Shown piece after piece: positions 54,113-64,000 of a stretch of 64,000 bases of DNA (within the stretch, counting starts at the first letter, position 1; each line of letters opens with the position of its first letter). Source of the stretch: Epiperipatus broadwayi (taxonomy: Eukaryota; Animalia; Onychophora); the NCBI GenBank assembly GCA_028023455.1, contig JAQFVV010000003.1:6882001-6946000 (forward strand), written 5' to 3'. The notes below the pieces were generated by a model that saw only the letters and a list, made by a program, of their open reading frames with translations, was not told the DNA's origin and ran no database searches. The translations under genes were made by a program, and so were the position numbers.

Positions 54113-54154
54113 TCCCCAGACTAGTTTCTAGCTTGTGGCTTTCATCAGTGAGGA
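54113..54154 (-). ncRNA. Minimal type I hammerhead ribozyme motif, core intact
   Basis: Minus strand UCCUCA-CUGAUGA-AAGC-CACAA-GCUA-GAAA-CUAG-UC-UGGGGA: 6-bp stem I, palindromic CUAG loop III and a GUC cleavage triplet. Position 10.1/11.1 is an A-A mismatch. Confidence 0.7.
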
Positions 54155-54902
54155 GCCTTGGATTTGAGAGCACTGCACCTAGATCTTAGAATCTAATGAA
54201 ACTCTCCAGCATCCACTTTTTATCTCTGCTTAACTCCAAAACTATCAGTCCAAAATTGAAAACACAATATTTTCAATCCAAGCTCATTAGCTTATGTAGT
54301 CATATAGGTCTGAACTCAGTTCAGTACCCATATATTTTGGTGTCTTTGGTTCTTTAATAACCACAGCCACCACTATCCTATTAGTCAGGATTGGTATTAA
54401 ACCACTAAACATCACATGATCACCATTTCTTATACTTGCGTTATTAAAACAGGCAAAACTCTCCATACAGTAGTGCCACTCAATGCAAGCCAGAGCTAGA
54501 AACTAATCTGAGGATACTGGATGAGTAGGCATTAGATAGGGATTTTATGCACAGACTTTCTGGCACCCATTGATTACTCTGGCTTGCACTGAGTGGCATG
54601 CAGAGTTTTGATTGATTTAATAACAGTTATGAGCAATCATAAGAAATGGTAATCATGTGACATTTAGTGGTTTAATACCAATCCTACCTAATAGAATAGT
54701 ATTGGCTGTGGGTATTAAAAAGTCAAAGACCCAAAATGTATGGGTACTGAACTGAGAACAGGCCTATATGACTATATAAGCTAATGAGCTTGGATTGTGT
54801 TTTCAATTTTGGACTCATAATTTTATAGTTGAGATAAAAGGTGGCTGCTGGAGGATTATATTAGATCCTAAGATCTAGGTGCAGTGCTCTCAGATCCAAG
54901 GC

Positions 54903-54944
54903 TCCTCACTGATGAAATCCACAAGCTAGAAACTAATCTGGAGA
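54903..54944 (+). ncRNA. Minimal type I hammerhead motif, degenerate
   Basis: UCCUCA-CUGAUGA-AAUC-CACAA-GCUA-GAAA-CUAA-UC-UGGAGA; stem II and loop III are mutated. Confidence 0.55.
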
Positions 54945-56529
54945 TATTTGATGAGTAGCACTAAATAGAGATTTTATGCACAAAATCTTCTGGCATCCAT
55001 TGATTACTCTGGCTTGCACTGAGTAGCATTACTGTATGAAGAGTTTTGCCTGTTTCTTACAAACATTTTGGAATCTTTTACACATAAATACATTTTGGTC
55101 AATTGAATGTTTTCTAGTATTATTAGGCATATATTTTTACATAATGCTTTATTTGTTGCACTCATCATTACTTACTATAGGAAATTGCTATTATGAATGA
55201 ATATTACATCAAAGTCAACATCAGGAATTGTTTAACGCATACATATAAAGTTAATTACATAAACAATATGCTACATAATTTAATTATAATGTTGAGTTTT
55301 AGCTTTTATAAAAAAACAATATCATGTAGGAATGCAGTATAGTTATCATTTATAATCTTTATGAATGAATTAATAATAATGATTGATTCATCCACAACTC
55401 AATTAATTACAGTTAGATATTAAATTAAACTATTTTCTTAAAAATAAAAACCAGATAAAATGAATAAATATTCAAAATAAACTAAAATTGTATTGACAAG
55501 ATGTTTTGGCACTACTATATGGTGCCCAATAATTACTCAAACTTATAGAGAGGGCCACGAATTAAAAAGAGCAAAATTACTGCAGTAAAATATAATTAAA
55601 TATAAGCTAAAGAAATTATGCTTTGTTTTGGTAAATAAAGGTTACAAGAGATGAAACGACAACAATGATGATTGCATATTACTTCAACGATCTAAAGCAT
55701 CCTATATAAATTTTCATCGGAGGATAATAGAAAGTCTATTTTGGTTAACTGAATGAATCTATTATAAGAATAAACCAGCTGTTTTGCTGCTCAAAAATCC
55801 TCTGAACAACTAACTAATATGTTTGTTTTGTTGCACGAATGTAGTTGTGCATTGATAACATGTAATTCAAGCAGAAGATATAACATAGTAAGAATCAAAT
55901 ATATTAGCAATTTAACCAATAAATCATATAACCGGTCATTTGTTAAAGCAACCTTCAAATAATAAATGACAACTTTTAATAGCAATAAAAAAGTTCAATA
56001 TTAAACTTATGTAATAAAATAAAAGGCACTAAAAATCCATGCATATTTTTTTAAAAGATAAAAAACGGTTTCATTATATTTTAATTTGAATCTCTCAGCC
56101 ATGTGTCATATTTCGTATTCTTACTAATAAATGATTGATTAAAATGTTATATAAAAGGAAAAGAAAAAATTTTAAAAAGTGCATTTAAAATATATCACAT
56201 TTCTGATTGTGATTAGTACTAAATTGAAATTTATTATGATGCGTAGCAAATTCATCTACAGCAGGAGTTAGCATCCTTTTAACATGAAGAGCCATATTGC
56301 ATAAATATTCTTTACTAAATATTAAAAACGTCACAAAGAAGGTGAAAAATATGGATTACTGAGGATTGTAATTGTATTTGAACTTTTAATTTAATAATAG
56401 AACATAACAAAATCAGTGTACATATAACAAAAAATTGAAATTCTCTTAAAAACAAACAAAATAATACACACACCTCTCTCCCAGTTACTTTGTTATTAAT
56501 GAGATTGTTGAAATTTCAATACAGTGCAA

Positions 56530-58400
56530 AGTTGTTCTAATTTTAGAGAATAATTTGAATTTTTAGTTTTAACTAACTTTCCAAGTTCATATAGTTAAAT
56601 TGATTTCTTAAGTTGTCTTTTTATAAAATTCATATTGGAGAAAATTTACTAATAAAAATAAATTGATTCAAAAACTATCAAGATTCCAAAAGCAGCTATT
56701 TTAAGTTGATTGTAACAATCCAGAAGGCTATTCCATATTTTAAAAATAATTTAATCTTCTTTGCAGCAATTGGATACTTCTGTCCAGTTGTGATTTTTAT
56801 AGCCAAACTTGCCATTTCCTTTCCAATTTTTCTAAGTTAATTTTGAAGGCAAAAATATTTAGAAGATTAAGATACCAAATCATTGATTTTCAGATCTGAA
56901 AATCACAATTCAAATTGACTACAGTCAGTTTTTGGAAATAGTGAAAGGTTTATGTCATTTGTATTTGCCACCACGGGGCTTGTTAAAAACAAAAAGTAGA
57001 TTTTTTGACCTTGAAGTCATTAAAATAACCTTTGAGAGATTCTTCTATTTCTTCTATAGATGTTTAAAAAAACTTTATCTATGTCACCAAGTATATATTT
57101 TTGCTAATTTCTTAAGTTTTCAAAATGAATTATGTTTCTATTTCAAATATTCTTCATAAAAAACAATAGTAATTTTCAAACGAAAATACTATTTCCAACA
57201 GAGAATTTAACATATAATCTCTTTTCTGTATTTTTAAAATTAAACAATTTAAAAGAAATGTCATGTCAACAGTAAAATAAAAAATTTTTGACCCATTTGA
57301 ATTTATTTATTCAAGATATTCAAGATTCTTTTCAAGCAAGAATGTCTTCAATATGTGAAGTGAATCATTTCCAACTGCCTCTCTGGACAACCAACAGATT
57401 TTATTATGCAGAAGTAGATGAGTACTTGCTGTTTATTTTAAAAAAAAAAAAAACACTGACTGTGAGAAGGCTTTTTTAACATTATTTGGTTTATTATTTT
57501 AATTACTAAATTCATGATTATTACAATATTTAGCAGAAATATTTAAACATATAGTGCCTCTTGATGTATTGTACAACAAAAAGCAAAAATATCATGCTCC
57601 ATACGTTGCTTAACAGAAATAATACCTTTATTTTTACTTATGATGCTTGGAGTTTTATTTTCCAAAATTAAAACTATTTTGTTGATGATGAATTCTTTCT
57701 TGACCAGAAATTCCACAAATTCCACCATAGATATCTTTGCCTTGAATTTATTTTTTAAGCGATGGTAAAGCTAATGACTCTACATGATAATAGTAGCTGT
57801 TATATACTACTTCAGTAGGCTAACTTAATGCAATATTTTTACACCACATTATTCACTACAATGCAGTTGCTGTTTTTAAATCATCAAATTGTTGATTTGT
57901 CAGATTTGTAGCCATTTTAATAGTTCTGTCATGAATAGTTTTAACAGATAATGGGGTGTCTGTAATTTTCTTAATTATATTACTTTTATTTCTAAATCAT
58001 TGAAGATGTGTTCTGCTGTGCCTAAAAAGCTTCTTTTAATATGTTATATGTATATGAGTGATTTCCATCTACAAAAATCTCTTGAGAAAAGGCAAAGCAA
58101 TCAGTCATTGTGTTACTGGAAAAATGCATCTAGTAGCCAAACGCAGATGTTCATTGTTGTATTCTTCAATTGTACTTCCATTGCTGCTTTTTCTTCCATA
58201 ATCTCTAACAGAATATTTCTCTGAAATTGTGAGATGCTTTGTAAAAAAGTAGTGTTCAATATTGGACTTATTATCAAGCTGCTTGTCATTACAAATCAGG
58301 ACTGGAATGAGTTCAATATGAATGCATAATTTTTTCCCACACTTTAAAATTCTCTACATTTATTGTCAACTTTTTTGTTGTTGTTGTGGTTACCATTTTG
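56530..58400 (-). mobile_element. Second Buster/GTF2IRD2-type hAT transposase remnant
   Basis: Minus frames read PLSVKTIHDRTIKMA, FCCTIHQEAL (ORF 57543-57728) and IWNSLLDCYNQLKIAAFGIL..FSNMNFIK, paralleling the 33.3-35.8 kb element. TIRs not located. Confidence 0.8.
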
Positions 58401-60655
58401 AAGTTCATAAACTTAGTTGTTAACTTTTACTTAATTATCACATTTCTTCATTTGTTAATTATATTATCACATTTCATTTGTTTTAATACTTATAAAGCAA
58501 TATTAAAAACCCATTTTGCCTCTGCCTTACATATTTACAATACATGATCATGTGATAGCATATTTACAGCATACAAATAAAATATACTACATGAATCTAT
58601 TAACATAAGAAGCTCTTAGTGATATTATCATGTGACTGACAGGTATTTAAAATGTTAGCACATATAATGAGACTAGGTTGTAGCCAAAACATACAAAGCA
58701 TAAGAGATCATTCTGTTTTGTTTTGTTTTTTACACTGGATAACAATTAATGTATGTTTATATGCCCATTCTAAGGATAATGAAGTTATTAAGCAAAGGAA
58801 TTTTTAATCAAGCAATAATAATTGATAATAATTAGTGGTAGATTTTCATCATCTGTCATCCTCATAAAACTGTTTATTTTAGCATCTTACGATTTAGAAA
58901 TGCATCATAAATTTTAATATATATAGATATATATCATTATTGAATTAAATGATATTATTCTTATGAAATGCTTATTTAAAAAAAAAAAGGAAAAAATAAA
59001 ATTTTTGTTTAATTAGGTATTAAATATATATGCCAAATTAGATCACTCCTGATAAGTAACAATATAAAATTTTACTTTTAATCCTGTACTCATTATCTAA
59101 TTTAATAACTACTTAGTCTTTAATGTGTCAGACATGATTGTAAACATGAGCTCTACATTACAATGTATATTTAACTTTTTGTGCAAATAAAGATTATTTT
59201 GAAAAAATATATATAGAAAAAAAAATTTTTAATCATAATGTTTCAGTTAAAATGAAATATATCAGCTTTTGTCGTATTCTTTAATTGCAGATCGCAATCA
59301 TTCATAGATCCATCAACTGTAAAATAAAGTGGTCATAAATTAACATCCTAGAAAAATTAATGTCACAAAAACTCTTTACCTCAAAGATTTTTACTTAAAC
59401 TGTAATTTTCATAAACATATAACAATTAAAAATTTAGAAGTCAATAATAAACTTACTGACTTTTAAAGCAAAATATATTAATATTTAAAAAATAAATAAA
59501 ATTCTGTGTGAAAAAGTATATTTAATTATTTGATTGGTAAAGATTATTTTTGCAATTCTCTATAATAAATACAATTAAAACAATAGTTAATCAATCAATT
59601 AAGGTTTATGATGATAAATTTTATTTATAATTATATATTGGACTATTTCCATCATCTAATTGAATTGTCAAATGTTTTTTAGAAAAACTAAAACTTTTAT
59701 TTATACTTTTCTAAATGAGATCAACTGTTAGAAAAAACAAACAAATTAACATAAAACATAACATTTGAGATGTATTCGGTGACAGTGTAAAAATAATTTA
59801 TTTTATTAAAGCATCCCTTTAAATTCAACATTCACAGGTCATTCATTCAATTCCCATGCTAATTGTCATTGCTCAAGCAGCAACATCTAATAATATCATT
59901 AGAAATAGTGTTCTACACTAACTCGTGTGTTGTTAGTAATAATTGAATGCAAAGTTTGAATTTTTTTTAAAACTTTTAACAGTTCGATTACCTGATGGAA
60001 ATAGTATAATTACAACCCAATTGTAGGCAATATTTTCCTCATGGCTAAAACTCATTAAACTAGTAAAATATGATTAATAGTAGTTGCTTTTTTGTTCACT
60101 ATTACTTAAGGGTCAACAAGAAAATAAGAATTAAAGTGAAATCTAATCTAAGATTAAATGTTACTAATTAACAGTGATATTTAAATATATATGAAAGTCT
60201 TCTGTTAAATATTATTATTCCTCTAAGCAATAATAAGTACATCAGAAAATAACAAATGATCATTAAGATACATTTTCCTGAAGTACTTTTATCCATTGGC
60301 CTAAATCATTTTAGAGGATTAGATATCCTAAGATCCAACTAATGAAGTCACTTCAGCAGAAATGCACTTTGAGGACTATTTCTCTTTTTTTTATGTTAGT
60401 AATTATTTGTTTAATAAAGAATAATAATTATCAGATTTTCTAATATATATATATATATATTAAATTGTATGCAATTTTGTTTCCACTTTATTGTTTACTT
60501 ATAACTTTGCATACATATGTTAATATAACTCGTGAAGTATTGTTATTTTTTTTTCATCAGGTTTTTGTTTGCTTAGTGAACTTTGTGCCAAATATCATAA
60601 TCATAGCTGTATTATTTTGTTCAGCTATTTTTCTATAGTGCCAGTTTATTATTTT

Positions 60656-61978
60656 TAACATGTAAATGAGCTAATTTACATATTCAACTAGTTTGTTAAT
60701 TGGTTGTTATTAGCTCTTTTATATATGACATTGTTGTTATTTGCAATGTACCAAGCCTTTGTGGATCAGAGCTATATCTGTGTTCTTTGTCATGATCTAA
60801 GAACACAGATATATATTCAAAGTTTTCTTTTATGTAGTTATGTAAGTGTTTTGTACTGTGTAATTCTTGTAGTAATATTGGTCTACAATTCTCCATAATA
60901 TACAATCATGCATCCTAGGCCATAGAACTGAACCTCATAGACTAATTGTGGATTTCTTCTTTTTGTAGTTTCTCTATGATATTGTTGATCAGTCTGTTGA
61001 AGCTATCTGGTTAGTGTTCAGTAGCTAACATTGTACTTTTGTTGGAAACTATTTTTTTTAATTTTATCTGCCATTTTTGGTATCTAAGGAATTGCCATCC
61101 ACAGCTTGTTGCTATCTTGTCATCTTAAGTTCTGTTTAATTTTAATATTAAATCTTTTAATTTTTTTGTTGAGTGTTTCTTGGCATAACCTATGCTACTT
61201 AGGTCTTTTGCATAGACTTTGATGCTGTATTTTCAGTCTGCTTTATATTTGCAGAGTTATTGATTTCTATTGAGGATGATAAAGCCATAAGAAATAAGAA
61301 GTGAAATTCACTTACAATTAAAAATCCCGATGTCAAATGAATTAGCTGAACTCGAAGGATTTTTCAACAGATATCACAACTCTTCAAATGTGAAGGAGAC
61401 TGAAAATACAACATTGAAACATATGTAAAAAACTTAAGCAGTATAGGTTATAGTCAAAAAGCACTCAACAAAAAAATTAAAAGATTTAACACATGACAAT
61501 ACAATGGTAAACCATGAATTACAATGTCTTATATACAAAAAATGGCAGATAAAAAATATTTGACAACAAGAATATATCAGCTTCTGATAACCAATCAGCT
61601 TCAGAAATTGATTAACAATGCCAAAGAACAAACTACAGAAAGAAAAATTATTGAAAGCAGACTATGATGTTTTATGCAATGGCTAGGATACACAGCATAT
61701 AATATGGAGAATCATGAACTGACATTACTATAAGAATCACACAGCACAAGTATCTACACAAATATGAAAATATATGTCTGTGTTCTTAGATCATGAAAAA
61801 CAGTATGGACACAGTTTTGATTTACAAAATATCAAACTGGTACTTAGAATGCAATGACAAGATGAGAAAAAAAAAGGCTTGGTACATTGCAAATATCTAC
61901 AACTTTATAAACAAAAGAGCTAACAACATCCAATTATCTAAGTAATGGAATATGTAAATTGCTCCATTTACATATTAA
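60656..61978. mobile_element. Head-to-head pair of Penelope-like 3' fragments (RT C-terminus plus GIY-YIG)
   Basis: 60656-61275 (minus) and 61363-61978 (plus) are diverged reverse complements. The minus copy reads VYEVQ..GC..VYYGE..NITTRI and SVFLDHDKEH, resembling the PLE GIY-YIG endonuclease. Confidence 0.7.
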
Positions 61979-64000
61979 GATTAATAAGCTGATGCTATAA
62001 AATCAACAAAAAGAAACAAAATAATATAACTATGATTAGGGTCCTTGGATTTGGAAATAGAAATTAAACAGGTGAATGATTAATTAGATTTTGTAAATTC
62101 ATAATATTTTATTAACATTACATTTTTAAACAAGCCAAAATATTAACAATACAAATGTAGAAAGATGTATAGAAGATAAATTATATATTTAAACTTATCT
62201 AGATAAATGTAGACATACAAATTAATCATTAAGCTGGCAGACTAGCATAGGCAGATAAATACATTAATAGAATTATATAAATACAAATAAAACTCCATCA
62301 ATCAGACTCTGATTCTAAGGGGGTTTGCTGATTTGTGAATTGTAAATATAAATTCTGCTAAACTCACTGCTGAATGTTTTTGAAATTTTGTTTGTTAAGA
62401 GTGTATACAAACAAGATTAAAGATCACTTTTAAAATTTTGTTTGGTTTATAGGTTTTTCAGTTATAGGTATTTAGATTAATGGTAGAAAAATAAACATAA
62501 ATTTGAATGAAGATAGAAAAATAAATAGATGCTTAATTGGTAGATAGGTAATTTGAAAAATGGAAAAAATAGAATAATTTATAATAAAAAAACCAATCCG
62601 TGAATAAATGAATTTATAAAAAGATCATTATCAGTGTGCAAGCAGATAACAAACAAATAAATAGATAAATAAAAAATGGAATATATAGATTTATAGAATA
62701 AGACAGCAATAAAGTCTTCAGAAGTTGAGAAAAGGAAACTTCTATCTAAGGAAAAAAAAATCAATTAGAAATTCTATCATTTGTTCCTATTTTTAATAAT
62801 AATTTACCCAAAATTAAACCACACACTGCTGAGACATTTTAAACAAAGATTAAATTCCATAGATAATCTAAAATCTATTTTTCCCATGCCTAAAGTTGTA
62901 TACTGAAGACACAAAACACATAAGGATAGACTTGTAAAAACTCATTTTATTACTGATTTTGTATCAGAAAAGGGATGTTTTTTTTATATGGAGATAAAAG
63001 ACATATGCAAATATATTAGGGTTACAAAAATAGTCAAAGCAAATACCATTAATAATTTTAAATTAACTACATCAATTATAAGTGTATAAACTCAACATAT
63101 TTAATAGAATGCAGCAGATGCTTAAACTGTTATAGATTTGATATTTTACATAAAACTGAATAAATGCTCATAGTTCAATTTACCATATCACTCAAGTGAT
63201 AAATTAAGAATGATCATATTATAGAACAACTTTTCTTCCAAAAAGAGAGGGGGAAAAAGTTGTTATTTTATTTATATCCGGATAGGCACGACTACATTCT
63301 TAACTTATACATTTTTCTAAAGGATAATTTTTGAATATTTTTCATTAATAATTATTTACTATATAAATACACACAAAAAAAATTGTATAAATATTCCATA
63401 CATATATATTGATTTATATAATATATTTTGCAGAGACGTATATATACATATTTCTTTTTTTTTTTTTTAATTAATGAATTATTATCATTATTTTAAATGT
63501 TTACATCAGTGGTTTCATAATATATATATATTAATGTAATTATAAAATACAGAGAGCGTACCAATAGCTCAAAAACCAATGTCACGTTACATATGACTAG
63601 TTTATTAATAACGTAATTATCTATTTATATTCCTATTTACATTTATTTTATTAATTTACTTATTTTTAAAATTGTATTTTTTACTTTTTGCTATATTTAA
63701 CTTTGTTGTATTTTTATTTTTTTTTATTTGTTAATTTTTACAAACTCCTCGCACAACATTTTTCTTATTTAGAGTTTTCAAGTAATTGCAATATGCTTTG
63801 CGTTTACTTCATAGAATAAATTGAATTGAAAAAAAAAAGAATTATTATTATTTAATAAAGTAAATATTTTAACATTTTTCCAAATATAAATTTATTTAGT
63901 AAAATAATTACATGTTTAAAAAAAATGGTGACAAGTAAAGGGCATAATATTATTGTGACAGAAGGTTATTCAGCTTACATATCAGTCCTAGTAAGTCTTG

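Larger units (their letters stand above)
53961..55054. mobile_element. Non-coding PLE pLTR/retrozyme-like insertion: tandem ~430-455-bp units in two inverted halves
   Basis: The left half (minus) repeats at a 53957/54410 spacing; the right half (plus) repeats TAGAAACTAATCTG at 54497/54927; the inversion point is ~54496. A 13-bp direct repeat TCTTACAAACATT flanks it at 53948-53960 and 55055-55067. Confidence 0.88.

Overview
Very AT-rich, CpG-depleted eukaryotic (probably invertebrate metazoan) DNA made up mostly of transposable-element remnants; I could not identify an intact host gene. From left to right: two head-to-head Merlin transposase fragments; two decayed Gypsy pol regions; a comparatively young 7.65-kb LTR element (12121-19770, minus strand); RTE-like and L1/Tx1-like LINE fragments; two Buster-type hAT transposons; several Penelope-like (PLE) remnants; and two tRNA-Gly(TCC) pseudogenes. 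The LTR element has ~1.9-kb LTRs, a tRNA-Lys PBS, a PPT and an ATAT target duplication. It encodes only Gag and protease and keeps a probable -1 frameshift pseudoknot. The most interesting signals are (i) a non-coding repeat family carrying minimal type I hammerhead ribozyme motifs, in tandem and inverted arrangement, including a 1.1-kb insertion with a 13-bp TSD, (ii) the Gag-protease-only LTR element, (iii) many head-to-head fold-back duplications across unrelated elements, and (iv) CpG-biased decay of repeats next to CpG-retaining islands. All calls were made by eye without database searches; boundaries of decayed elements are approximate.
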